DNA of 64,000 nucleotides from Dehalococcoidia bacterium (GCA_009379925.1 WHSU01000003.1:10160-74159), one strand, 5' to 3'; positions 40,979 through 50,141 are shown, counted from the stretch's first letter. Made by a program: numbers and translations. The notes: a model not told the origin generated them from the sequence alone.

Positions 40979-42658
40979 TCACGCTCGCGCGGCCTCCGAG
41001 GCGGCGTCGGGCGCCGTGCTGCTCACGGGCTGGCCGTCCGCGCGGCCGTTGCCACCCTCGGCGTGCCGCAGCGCGGCGTTGACGAAGTCGCGGAACAGCG
41101 GGTTGGGGCGGTTGGGCCGGCTGGTGAACTCCGGATGGAACTGCGCACCGACCATCCACGGGTGGTCACGCAGTTCCACGATCTCCACCAGCTCGCCCTC
41201 CCCGATCCAGCCGGAGGCGATGAGCCCGTGCTGCTCCAACTGCGGCAGCAGCGCGTTATTCACCTCGTAGCGGTGCCGGTGGCGTTCCCGCACGACGTTC
41301 GCGTTGCCGTAGGCCTCGGCCGCGCGCGTGCCGGGCACCAGCCGGCAGTCGTAGCCGCCGAGGCGCATGGTGCCGCCCATGTCGTGCACCTGCTTCTGCT
41401 CTGAGAGCAACGAGATCACGGGGAACGGCGTTTTCGGGTCCGCCTCCGTGGAATGCGCGCCGGGCATGCCGGCTACGTGGCGCGCGAACTCCACCACGAG
41501 CATCTGGAGCCCGAGACAGTCCCCGAGGTACGGGATGCGCTGTTCGCGGGCATAGCGGACGGCCGCGATCTTGCCTTCCAGGCCGCGGTCGCCGAAGCCG
41601 GGGCAGAGCAGGATCCCGTCGACCTCGCCAATCACCTGCTCGGCGTCGGCGTCCTCGAGCTCTTCCGAGTGCACCCAGTGGATGTCCAGCTCGGCCTCGT
41701 GGTAGACGGCGGCGTGCACCAGCGCCTCCTTGATCGAGAGGTACGCGTCGTGCAGTTCCACGTACTTGCCGACGATAGCGATGCGCGCGGACCGTCGAGG
41801 CGACTTCAGACGCTCCACGAATGAGCGCCACTCCTCCAGTTCGGGCCGCTGGTCCCCCGCCTGCAGGTGCTGCGCGATGATGTCCCCGAGCCCGGAGTTC
41901 TCCAGGATCAACGGCACTTCGTAGATCGTCTGGGCCGTCTCCAGCGGAATGACCGCCTGCCGCTCCACGTTGCAGAACAGGGCGATCTTCTCGCGCAATG
42001 CCTCCGGCACCGGGAAGTCGGAGCGCGCCATGATCACGTCGGGCTGGATGCCGAACGAACGCAACTCGCGCACCGAGTGCTGCGTGGGCTTCGTCTTCAA
42101 CTCACGCGTCGCGCCGATGTACGGCAGCAACGTCACGTGGATCGCGAGGGTGTCCGCCGGCCGCTCGGCGTAGCGCATCTGGCTGATCGCCTCGAGGAAT
42201 GGCTGGCTCTCGATGTCGCCTACGGTCCCGCCGACCTCGACGACCACGACGTCAGCCTTGAGCGCCTGCCCGGCGGCGCGGATGCGGCGCTTGATCTCGT
42301 TGGTGACGTGGGGGATGGCCTGGATCGTGCCGCCCAGATAGTCGCCACGGCGCTCCTTGCGGATGACCTCTTCGTAGATCTGGCCGCTGGAGGAGGAGTT
42401 GGCGGCGGTCAGGTCGTCGTCCAGGAAGCGCTCGTAGTGCCCCAGGTCCAGGTCGGTCTCGGCGCCATCGTCCGTGACGAACACCTCGCCGTGCTGGTAC
42501 GGCGACATGGTGCCGGGGTCGACGTTGATGTAGGGGTCGAGCTTCAGGATAGAGACGGAGAGGCCACGAGCTTTGAGGATGCGGCCCACGGAGGCGGTGA
42601 CGATGCCCTTGCCAACCGAGCTGACGACGCCGCCCGTCACGAAGATGTACTTGGTCAT
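40979..42658 (-). CDS. pyrG: CTP synthase
   Basis: MTKYIFVTGGVVSSVGKGI and the GATase domain GLCLGLQ-like LGDCLGLQMLV, HRHRYEVN. The ATG at 42658 is preferred over the ORF start at 42727. Confidence 0.97.
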   Translation of the reverse strand: MTKYIFVTGGVVSSVGKGIVTASVGRILKARGLSVSILKLDPYINVDPGTMSPYQHGEVFVTDDGAETDLDLGHYERFLDDDLTAANSSSSGQIYEEVIRKERRGDYLGGTIQAIPHVTNEIKRRIRAAGQALKADVVVVEVGGTVGDIESQPFLEAISQMRYAERPADTLAIHVTLLPYIGATRELKTKPTQHSVRELRSFGIQPDVIMARSDFPVPEALREKIALFCNVERQAVIPLETAQTIYEVPLILENSGLGDIIAQHLQAGDQRPELEEWRSFVERLKSPRRSARIAIVGKYVELHDAYLSIKEALVHAAVYHEAELDIHWVHSEELEDADAEQVIGEVDGILLCPGFGDRGLEGKIAAVRYAREQRIPYLGDCLGLQMLVVEFARHVAGMPGAHSTEADPKTPFPVISLLSEQKQVHDMGGTMRLGGYDCRLVPGTRAAEAYGNANVVRERHRHRYEVNNALLPQLEQHGLIASGWIGEGELVEIVELRDHPWMVGAQFHPEFTSRPNRPNPLFRDFVNAALRHAEGGNGRADGQPVSSTAPDAASEAARA

Positions 42659-42741
42659 GCACGCCCTGAGTACGCCGGGGAGGCGTCTGGTTTGATCCAG
42701 TTTCGGCGCGCTCTCGGGGGGTGTCAAACCCGCGACGAGCG

Positions 42742-43146
42742 TCAGGGAAGGAAGCGGCGCACCTCGACCTCTACGTTGGGGAAGCGCGCGTCGAAGCTGT
42801 AGATCGGCAGGTCGCCCGAGGCCCGCGCGGCCGCCCAGATGAAGGCGTCCGCGAACGAGACCCGGCCGGATGGACGACAGAGCAGCAACGCGTCGACGGC
42901 GAGTTGCTCGTCGAGCCCGAACACAGTGATGTTCTCGCGCCGGACGAGGTCGATCAGCCCATCCACGATCTCCGGACGCGATCTCCGGTACAGGGAGCCG
43001 AGCACCCAGGCGACTTCGGCAAGGACAACTGGTGCGACCAGCAGCTCCTCGCTGCCCTCCATGATCTCGGTCGCGAGATCCGCCATCGCCCTCGGCTCGT
43101 CGATGAGATAGCGAAGGATGACCGAGGTGTCGAGGAAGCTACTCAC
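42742..43146 (-). CDS. vapC: PIN-domain toxin (VapC family)
   Basis: FLDTSVILRYLIDE (N-terminal Asp), VAPVVLAEVAWVL, FADAFIWAAA and IYSFDARF. The GTG start at 43146 overlaps the antitoxin stop (GTGA). Confidence 0.8.
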   Translation of the reverse strand: MSSFLDTSVILRYLIDEPRAMADLATEIMEGSEELLVAPVVLAEVAWVLGSLYRRSRPEIVDGLIDLVRRENITVFGLDEQLAVDALLLCRPSGRVSFADAFIWAAARASGDLPIYSFDARFPNVEVEVRRFLP

Positions 43147-43442
43147 CGCGCCTCGTTCTGCCGGCGCCACCCTTCCTCGTCTTCAGCCATACGACGGACT
43201 CGTTCCTCGGCGGCGGCCCGCCACGCCTGCGCCTTCACCTCGTGCCATTCGTCGTCAGATACCTGGATGTCGCTCTTGAAGATGCCGCGCAGCGACCTCC
43301 GGTGCGGAGGCGGCACGAAGTAGATTTCGATGTGGTCATCGACGAGGCGCTGAATGGCGGTCCATCCAGGCTCCACGCCCAGCCGGTCGCGCAGCTTCTT
43401 CTCGATGACCACCTGGCCCTTGGAGCCGACTGTGCTTGGCAT
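43143..43442 (-). CDS. vapB: AbrB/MazE/SpoVT-family antitoxin (VapB-like)
   Basis: GSKGQVVIEKKLRDRLGVEPG is the swapped-hairpin SpoVT/AbrB motif. 99 aa, immediately upstream of the PIN gene. Confidence 0.8.
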   Translation of the reverse strand: MPSTVGSKGQVVIEKKLRDRLGVEPGWTAIQRLVDDHIEIYFVPPPHRRSLRGIFKSDIQVSDDEWHEVKAQAWRAAAEERVRRMAEDEEGWRRQNEAR

Positions 43443-43542
43443 GTCATACCTCCGTCATCGAGTATAACATCTGACGCGCCGTCGAACTCCGAGGGGCCGA
43501 CACGTAGTTGTATCTACGCATACGCCCTGTATGTTCCTCTCA

Positions 43543-43651
43543 GTCGAAGGGGAGTAGTCCCAACGCGCGGCATCGACATGCCTCGTTGAGGGCGGTGCCG
43601 CGGTCCGAATCCCTGGACCGAGTCCGGGACCGGATGGGCGAGACCTTCGGT
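43543..43651 (+). promoter_or_regulatory. Candidate yybP-ykoY (Mn2+) riboswitch aptamer
   Basis: The 5' conserved GGGGAGUAG (43549-43557) and the 3' GCGAGACCUUCG (43638-43649) are present. CGAAGG (43545-50) pairs with CCUUCG (43644-49) as P1. It lies upstream of a UPF0016/GDT1 gene, a known associated family. No covariance-model search was run. Confidence 0.6.
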
Positions 43652-43710
43652 CTGAACACGCGTGCTGCGCGTGCTCGGGCCGGGGTCTGCCGTCCGAAGC
43701 TCAGACGACG

Positions 43711-43757
43711 CCACCTCTTCCCGACACCGCAGCGCTCAGTAGAGAGGCCTGCGGTGT
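43711..43757 (+). promoter_or_regulatory. Possible expression platform: hairpin occluding the start codon, plus an anti-SD tract
   Basis: acaccgcag (43724-32) pairs with ctgcggtgt (43749-57). The 3' arm contains the GTG start (43754) and the loop carries the AGAGAGG SD. The upstream CCTCTTC (43714-20) is complementary to the SD. Confidence 0.35.
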
Positions 43758-44323
43758 TTTCGTCGTTCTTCGTCTCCACGGCCCTGATCTTCGCGGCCGA
43801 GCTGGGCGACAAGTCCCAGCTCGTCGCGCTGTCGTTCGCCACAAAGTACAGGTGGTGGATCGTGCTCGCCGGCGTCACGGCAGCCACGCTGCTCGTGCAT
43901 CTCGGCTCGGTCGCCCTCGGCCGTGCGGCCGACGAGGTGCTCCCGGCACGCGTGCTGCAGCTGGTCGTCGGCCTGTCGTTCCTCGGCTTCGCGTGGTGGA
44001 CGCTTCGAGGTGACACACTCGACGAGGACGACACGGCCGTCCGTGCGGCGGGTATGGGGGCGTTCGGCGTGGTCGCGGTGGCGTTCTTCATCTCCGAGAT
44101 CGGCGACAAGACCCAGCTGGCCACGGTCTCGATTGCCGGAAACGACCCCTCGTTCGCCGGTGTGTGGCTTGGCTCGACAGCCGGCATGGTACTGGCCGAT
44201 GCGCTGGCGATCGGCTTGGGGCTGGTCGCCGGCCGTAACCTGCCGGAGCGTGCGATCGCCCGAGTGGCCGCCGCGCTCTTCCTCATCGTCGGTGTCGTGA
44301 CCATCGCCGCTGCGCTGCTCTGA
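43754..44323 (+). CDS. UPF0016 / GDT1 (TMEM165) family cation (Mn2+/Ca2+) transporter
   Basis: Two E-x-G-D-K-[ST] motifs: AAELGDKSQLV and ISEIGDKTQLA. About 189 aa from the GTG at 43754. The track ORF's 5' part (43508-43753) is the riboswitch leader. Confidence 0.85.
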   Translation: MFSSFFVSTALIFAAELGDKSQLVALSFATKYRWWIVLAGVTAATLLVHLGSVALGRAADEVLPARVLQLVVGLSFLGFAWWTLRGDTLDEDDTAVRAAGMGAFGVVAVAFFISEIGDKTQLATVSIAGNDPSFAGVWLGSTAGMVLADALAIGLGLVAGRNLPERAIARVAAALFLIVGVVTIAAALL

Positions 44324-44410
44324 TCCGGGACCGTGACACGGGACGCGGCGCGGCGTTGTTAGAATGCCCGCGGCGCCCGACCACCGCGCGCGCCCGTCGA
44401 GGGAGGCCAC

Positions 44411-44884
44411 ATGCCCCAGTTGCACGTCAACGGCGAGGCCCGCGAGGCGCCGCAGGGCATCCGCAACCTGCTCTCCTATCTCCGCTTCGACCTCGGGTTG
44501 ACCGGGACGAAGTACGGATGCGGCGAGGGGCTATGCGGCGCGTGCACCGTGCTCGTGGACGGCCAGCCGTTGCGTTCGTGCATGACCACCGTCGGCGCCG
44601 TCGCCGGCGGCCGCGTCACCACCATCGAGGGGCTCGCGGACAACGGGGACCTGCACCCGGTGCAGCGGGCCTTCGTCGAAGAGTCCGCGATGCAGTGTGG
44701 GTACTGCATCCCCGGCTTCATCATGGGCACCGTCGGACTGCTCAACCGCGAGGCACACCCCTCGCGGGAGCAGATACGCGAGGCGCTGGCGGACCACATG
44801 TGCCGCTGTGGTACGTACCAGCGCATCCAGCGCGCGGTCGAGCACGTGGCAGGCTCCGGCGTGGCCACCCAAGGAGGCTCATGA
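44411..44884 (+). CDS. (2Fe-2S)-binding small subunit of a molybdenum hydroxylase (CoxS/IorA-like)
   Basis: GCGEGLCGACTV and CGYCIPG...CRCGTY cysteine motifs. Confidence 0.9.
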   Translation: MPQLHVNGEAREAPQGIRNLLSYLRFDLGLTGTKYGCGEGLCGACTVLVDGQPLRSCMTTVGAVAGGRVTTIEGLADNGDLHPVQRAFVEESAMQCGYCIPGFIMGTVGLLNREAHPSREQIREALADHMCRCGTYQRIQRAVEHVAGSGVATQGGS

Positions 44885-46971
44885 TGACGGCCGAGACCCA
44901 GGGCACGCTCGCGCAGGCGGCCCAGGCCGGGCTCGCCATCGTCGGCGAGGTCTCCGTCGGCTTCCCCGCCAATCGCAGCGGCTACGGCCAGTCGACCTAC
45001 GGCAACACGCAGCCCCAGACCGAGGAGGCCACGTGGCTGCGCGTCCACCCGGACGGCACTGCCACGGCCTTCGCCGGCAAGGTCGAGTACGGCCAGGGCA
45101 TCCGCACCGGACTCGCCATCGAGGTCGCCGACGAACTACGTCTGCCCCTCGAGGCGCTCGATGTGGTGCTCGGCGACACAGACCGCGTGCCGTGGGACAT
45201 GGGGACTTTCGGCAGCCAGTCCACGGCGCGCGTCGGCCTGCAACTGCGGCGCGCGGCCGCCACCGCGCGCGAGACGCTGCTGCGCCTCGCCGCCGACCGC
45301 CTCGACCTGACCCTGGACGAGCTGGTGTGCGCCGATGGCCGCGTCACCTCGAAGAGCGACCCCACGCGCGGCCTCTCATATGCCGATCTGCTGCAGGGCC
45401 AGTCGCTCGTCGAGCCGATCGCGGAGGAGCCCGCGCTGACCTCCATCGAGGACTTCACGGTCATGGGCCGTGACGAACAGCGCATCGACGCGGTCGCGCG
45501 TGTGACCGGCCGCGCCGTCTACTCCCAGGACGTACAGGTCGACGGCATGCTCTTCGCGCACGTCCTGCGCCCGCCCTCGTTCGGTGCGCAGCTCGAGGCA
45601 TTCGACGCGAGCGTCGCGGAGCAGATGCCTGGCGTCGTGCAGGTCGCCCGTGAGGGCAACCTGCTGGCCGTGCTCGCCGAGAGCGACGAGGCCGGCGAAC
45701 TCGCCGCGCGCGTGGTGCAGGCCGAGTGGAGCGAGCAGCCCGGGCAACCCTCGCGCTGGGATATGCCCGCCCTGCTGCTCGACTCCGGCGCCGAGGACTT
45801 CACGATGCAGGAGGCGGGCGACCTGGATGCCGGCTTCGCCGCCGCCGATGAGGTCCTGGAGTCGACCTACTACATCCCGTACATCACTAACGCGCCCATG
45901 GAACCTCGAGCGGCGGTGGCCCGCTGGGACGGCGGGCGCCTCGAGGTGTGGGCGGGCACTCAGCGGCCGTTCGGCATCCGCTCCGAGCTGGCACAGCTGT
46001 TCGAGTTGGACGAAGCCGAGGTGCGCGTGATTGCTCCTGAGATCGGTGGCGGCTTCGGTGGCAAGTCCATCTACGCGCCCGCCGCCGAGGCCGCCCGGCT
46101 CGCGCGCATCGCCGGCCGGCCGGTGCGCGTCGCCTACTCGCGCATCGAGGAGCACACGTGGGCGACGTTCCGCCCGGCGGCGCTGATCCGGGTGAAGAGC
46201 GGCTTCAAACGGGACGGCACGCTCACGGCGTGGGAGTTTCGCGCGTATCACGCGGGCGAACGCGTGAACATCGGCCGGCGCGGGTCCGAGACGCCCTACG
46301 ACGTACCGAACGTGCAGGTCAGCGTCGCGCGGTCCGACTCGCCGCTGCGCTCCGGCTCCTACCGCTCGCTGGGCGGCGCGCCCAACCACTTCGCGCGCGA
46401 GGTGCACATGGACGAGATCGCCGAACGCACCGGTCTCGACCCTCTCGAGGTGCGGCTGCGCAACCTCACCCACCCGCGTTTCCGTCGCGTACTGGAGACC
46501 ACCGCCGAGCGCTTCGGCTGGGGCAACCCGCTGCCAGAGGGCCACGGCCAGGGCATCGCGATCGGCCTCGATGTCGGCTCCTACTGCGCCACCGCCGTCG
46601 AGGTGCGCGCGCGGGGTTCCGAGGTGCGCGTGGAGCGCGTGGAAGTGGCAGCCGACTGCGGGCTGATCGTGAACCCGGAGGGCGCACGCAACCAGATGGA
46701 GGGCTCCGTGGTGATGGGCCTGGGCACCGCGCTCTACGAGGCCATCGACTTCGAGCAAGGGCGCCTGCTCAACGCCGGCTTCGCCCGCTACCGTGTCCCT
46801 CGCATCGTGGACGCGCCGCGCATCAACACCACCTTCACCGGCGACCCCGACACCCCCTCGACGGGCGCGGGCGAGCCGGCCATCGTCCCGATCGCACCGG
46901 CCATCTCAGGCGCGGTCTTCGACGCCACGGGGGAACGGCACCAGGAGCTGCCGATCCTGCGGCACCGGTAG
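44881..46971 (+). CDS. Molybdopterin-binding large subunit of an aldehyde oxidase/xanthine dehydrogenase-family oxidoreductase (IorB-like)
   Basis: GKVEYGQGIRTGLAIEVADEL, GDTDRVPWDMGTFGSQST, GGGFGGK and GAGEPAIVPIAPAISGAVFDATG. The ATG overlaps the small-subunit stop. The track ORF start at 44356 is an extension. Confidence 0.9.
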   Translation: MMTAETQGTLAQAAQAGLAIVGEVSVGFPANRSGYGQSTYGNTQPQTEEATWLRVHPDGTATAFAGKVEYGQGIRTGLAIEVADELRLPLEALDVVLGDTDRVPWDMGTFGSQSTARVGLQLRRAAATARETLLRLAADRLDLTLDELVCADGRVTSKSDPTRGLSYADLLQGQSLVEPIAEEPALTSIEDFTVMGRDEQRIDAVARVTGRAVYSQDVQVDGMLFAHVLRPPSFGAQLEAFDASVAEQMPGVVQVAREGNLLAVLAESDEAGELAARVVQAEWSEQPGQPSRWDMPALLLDSGAEDFTMQEAGDLDAGFAAADEVLESTYYIPYITNAPMEPRAAVARWDGGRLEVWAGTQRPFGIRSELAQLFELDEAEVRVIAPEIGGGFGGKSIYAPAAEAARLARIAGRPVRVAYSRIEEHTWATFRPAALIRVKSGFKRDGTLTAWEFRAYHAGERVNIGRRGSETPYDVPNVQVSVARSDSPLRSGSYRSLGGAPNHFAREVHMDEIAERTGLDPLEVRLRNLTHPRFRRVLETTAERFGWGNPLPEGHGQGIAIGLDVGSYCATAVEVRARGSEVRVERVEVAADCGLIVNPEGARNQMEGSVVMGLGTALYEAIDFEQGRLLNAGFARYRVPRIVDAPRINTTFTGDPDTPSTGAGEPAIVPIAPAISGAVFDATGERHQELPILRHR

Positions 46972-47022
46972 TCCAAGGCAAGGCCGCGGCGCGCGCCGCT
47001 CCCGCTGGACTCCGCACCACCA

Positions 47023-47147
47023 GAGCACCCGCTCGCCCTGAGCTCGTCGAAGGGTCGCCCGCAGGGCGACGGGTGCGGCCGCCCGCGAGCTAAGAGCCGC
47101 GGCGCCCGTCCTTTGACGGGCTCAGGATGAACGGAGCGCGCGCCGCT
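47023..47147. repeat. Composite repeat element, copy 2 (inverted relative to 36595-36756)
   Basis: gagcacccgctcgccctgagctcgtcgaagggtcgcccgcagggcgacgggtgcgg...gtcctttgacgggctcaggatgaacggagcgcgcgccgct. Confidence 0.85.
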
Positions 47148-47195
47148 CACGGCTTCGGGGTGCCGGGTGCCGGAAGTTCAGCAGACCAGGCGTAG

Positions 47196-47906
47196 TCAGC
47201 CAGCCGTGACCGGCTCGCCGGGCAGCGATGCGGCCCACGTGGCTGCTCGGTCGCGCGACTCCGTCAATGGGCTCAGCGCCAGCCAGCCGGGGAACTCGCG
47301 CGCCAGCCGTCGAGGTCCGTCGACGGAGATGGCGCCCCGGCGGACGGCCTCCGCGATGGTGAAGTCGCCGATCCAGGCGCGCGTGAACGTCTCGACATCG
47401 GTCGTGACCGTCAGGTCCACCTCGTAGCCCGGGTCGGTGAGGCACAGGTCGGCGCTCGGCGCCTCCAGCACCAGCCACCAGTAGCGGCGTGCGTGCTTCA
47501 CGTCCGCGAAGTCGAACATCAGCACCGTGCGCCCGGCCGGGATCCTGTCCTGGTGGATGCGGCGTTGCACGTCCCACATCACGATGGCCGGGTCGTGCTC
47601 GCCCGGCTCGATCTCGTGCATCACCCACCGGCGGCCCCAGTACCCCAGGTACTCGACGACCGGCCGCAGCTCCTCGCCGGCCTGGGTGAGGAAGTAGCCA
47701 CCGTCGCGACGCTCGACGACGCCCGCTCGCTCGAGCGCCTTCAGGCGGCTCGAAAGCAGCGACGGCGACATCACCGGCAGCGCCCGGCGCAGCTCGTTGA
47801 AGCGATGCGCTCCCCCCAGCAGCTCGCGCAGCAAGAGCGGCGTCCACCGCTCGGCCACCACCTCGGCGGCCTTCGACACGGGGCAGAACTGACCGTATCC
47901 GCTCAT
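47196..47906 (-). CDS. HxlR-family winged-helix transcriptional regulator with a C-terminal extra domain
   Basis: YGQFCPVSKAAEVVAERWTPLLLRELLGGAHRFNELRRALPVMSPSLLSSRLKALERAGVV. The ATG at 47906 is preferred over the TTG at 47915. It is divergent from an acyl-CoA dehydrogenase gene. Confidence 0.85.
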   Translation of the reverse strand: MSGYGQFCPVSKAAEVVAERWTPLLLRELLGGAHRFNELRRALPVMSPSLLSSRLKALERAGVVERRDGGYFLTQAGEELRPVVEYLGYWGRRWVMHEIEPGEHDPAIVMWDVQRRIHQDRIPAGRTVLMFDFADVKHARRYWWLVLEAPSADLCLTDPGYEVDLTVTTDVETFTRAWIGDFTIAEAVRRGAISVDGPRRLAREFPGWLALSPLTESRDRAATWAASLPGEPVTAG

Positions 47907-48023
47907 GCGAAACAACGTAGGTCATCCGCGGGTGCGTGCCTAGTACAGATCCCGCACTGGTCGCGGCCGCGGGATGGGAGCATGCTCACCGTCCATTCAT
48001 GACGGCCCTTCGGAGGCTACGCA

Positions 48024-49190
48024 ATGACCACGATCGAGCAGCCCGCGACTGACACACCCGCACGCACCCGCGCCGACTGGCTGGCCGTCGTCGAGGAGAT
48101 CGGCCCCGGCTTCGCCGCCGGCGCCGGCAAGCGCGACGACGCAGACCAGTTCGTGGCGGACCACTACCCCGTGCTCAAGGAACGCGGCATCATCTCCGCG
48201 CTCGTCCCGGCGGACCTCGGTGGTGGGGGCGCGAGCCACTCCACCATGGGCGCTATCATCCGCCGCCTCGGCTACTACGACCCCTCGACGGCGCTCGCGC
48301 TGTCGATGCATCAGCACCTCGTCGGGTTCCAGGCCTTCAACCACCGCAACGGACGGCCGGCGCCGGTGCTCCCACGCGTGGCCGCCGAGCGGCTCGTGCT
48401 CGTGAGCACGGGCGCCCGCGACTGGCTGGAGTCCAACGGCTCGATGACCCGCGTCGAGGGTGGCTTCCACGTCTCCGCGCGCAAGGCGTTCGCCAGCGGC
48501 AGCCCCGCCGGCAACGTGCTGGTGACGAGCGCGCCCTACGAGGACCCGGAGGCCGGCTGGCAGGTGCTGCACTTCGCCGTGCCGATGAGCGCCCCGGGCG
48601 TCAGCCTGGGCTCGGACTGGCAGGTCCACGGCATGCGCAGCACCGGCTCCCAGTCCGTCCTGCTGGAGGACGTCTTCGTGCCGGACGCCGCCGTCTCGCT
48701 GCGCCGTCCCCGGGGCGAGTACCACGGGGTCTGGGACGTGATCATCACCGTCGCCCTGCCGCTCATCGCCGGCGCCTACGTCGGCATCGCGGACCGCGCA
48801 TCCGAGGTCGCGCTCGGCCTGCTCAAGGACGGCGGCCGTGACCCCGTGGTGCAGATGACCGTGGGCGAGATGCGCAGCGCGCTCGTGCTGGCCCGCAACG
48901 CGCACGACCGCATGCTGGCGCTCGCCAACGACCTCGACTTCACGCCGTCGCTCGAACTGACGGACGAGATACTGGTGCTGAAGACGCATGCCGTCGCCAG
49001 CGCCCGCACCACGGTCGAGCGGGCCATCGAGGCGGTGGGTGGCCGCGGCTACTACCGCAACGCGGGGCTGGAGCGACTGCTCCGCGACGTCCGAGCGGGC
49101 GACTACCACCCGCTGCCGGCAAAGCAGCAGGTCCGGTTCTCCGGCCGCGCGGCCCTCGCCCTGCCGCCGATCGAGGTGCCAGCACCGTAG
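48024..49190 (+). CDS. Acyl-CoA dehydrogenase family protein
   Basis: ERGIISALVPADLGGGGAS and the general ACAD N/M/C organisation (WQVHGMRSTGSQSVLLEDVFVP; GGRGYYRNAGLERLLRDVRAGDYHP). Confidence 0.85.
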   Translation: MTTIEQPATDTPARTRADWLAVVEEIGPGFAAGAGKRDDADQFVADHYPVLKERGIISALVPADLGGGGASHSTMGAIIRRLGYYDPSTALALSMHQHLVGFQAFNHRNGRPAPVLPRVAAERLVLVSTGARDWLESNGSMTRVEGGFHVSARKAFASGSPAGNVLVTSAPYEDPEAGWQVLHFAVPMSAPGVSLGSDWQVHGMRSTGSQSVLLEDVFVPDAAVSLRRPRGEYHGVWDVIITVALPLIAGAYVGIADRASEVALGLLKDGGRDPVVQMTVGEMRSALVLARNAHDRMLALANDLDFTPSLELTDEILVLKTHAVASARTTVERAIEAVGGRGYYRNAGLERLLRDVRAGDYHPLPAKQQVRFSGRAALALPPIEVPAP

Positions 49191-49211
49191 GGAGCGCTGC
49201 ACGATCGGTAG

Positions 49212-49261
49212 CACCCGCTCGCCCTGAGCCCGTCGAAGGGCTGGCCGAAGGGCGACGGGTG
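49212..49261. repeat. Long-form palindromic repeat copy
   Basis: cacccgctcgccctgagcccgtcgaagggctggccgaagggcgacgggtg. The ends CACCCGCTCGCCCT/AGGGCGACGGGTG are mutually complementary. Confidence 0.85.
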
Positions 49262-49266
49262 AGGGC

Positions 49267-50046
49267 CTACGTCCGCCGGTTCGCCACCCCGCACACCGTG
49301 GCGCGGCCCACCGCGCCGCGGCGGTCGTACAGCGTGCACTCCGCCACCGCGACCCCCTCCGAAGCCTGGTGGCTCGCCACCTCGAAGCCCGTCCACTCGT
49401 CGACGGGCATGCGGTGGAGGTACAGCGTCAGGTCCGCGTTCACGTAGTTGAGCCCCGCGTCGCCCGAGTTGGCGAAGGGGTTCGCGAAGTCCGCCTGCTG
49501 CGCCAAGGACACGAACTTCGAGGTCTCAACGCCCTCGATCAGGTCGAGCGTCTCCCGCAGCCAGGCGCGCTTCGGCGCCAGCGTGCCGAGACCGCCGCTG
49601 ATGTTGCGCGTCTCCCACTGCGGCAGCCAGTCCGCCGGCCGGCCCTCGAAGACCGGCGGGGCGACTTCCTCCGGCGGCGGCGCGTCCCAGTCCGGGGGCG
49701 ACCACACGTTGCCCTCCGGCTCGTCCGCGCGCTTCAGCATGACCACGCTACCCCGCGCCACCGGCGTGCCGTCCGAGTTGATGACGCCGTCCACCACGCG
49801 GATGCGGTTGCCCTCGCGCGCGGCTTCCACCTCGATGGCCAGCGGGGCAAAGGGGGCGACACGGAACATGTCGCAGGTGAGGCGCGAGAACTGGAAGTCC
49901 GCGTCGCCGTAGCGCTGCTCCACCTCGTGCGCGATCAGCCCGGCCAGGACGCGCCCGTGCAGCGTCTCCCGGTTCCACGGCCCGCGCGCGCGGTCGCCCG
50001 GCACATAGCGGTCGCCGTCGCGGCGCAGGAACGCTTCACGGGCCAT
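49267..50046 (-). CDS. Thioesterase-like (hot-dog fold, TesB-like) protein; function uncertain
   Basis: About 259 aa, high GC3, GAGGAG RBS 6 nt before the ATG at 50046. The family assignment rests only on general resemblance (GPWNRETLHGRVLAGLIA...). Confidence 0.5.
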   Translation of the reverse strand: MAREAFLRRDGDRYVPGDRARGPWNRETLHGRVLAGLIAHEVEQRYGDADFQFSRLTCDMFRVAPFAPLAIEVEAAREGNRIRVVDGVINSDGTPVARGSVVMLKRADEPEGNVWSPPDWDAPPPEEVAPPVFEGRPADWLPQWETRNISGGLGTLAPKRAWLRETLDLIEGVETSKFVSLAQQADFANPFANSGDAGLNYVNADLTLYLHRMPVDEWTGFEVASHQASEGVAVAECTLYDRRGAVGRATVCGVANRRT

Positions 50047-50141
50047 CGGCACCTCCTCGAGGCGTGCGGTCGGTAGGTCAGGATGTCATCGAGCGTACCG
50101 GCGACCGAGGTTGCGGTGAAGCGCACGAGGGGTGCGAGGTG

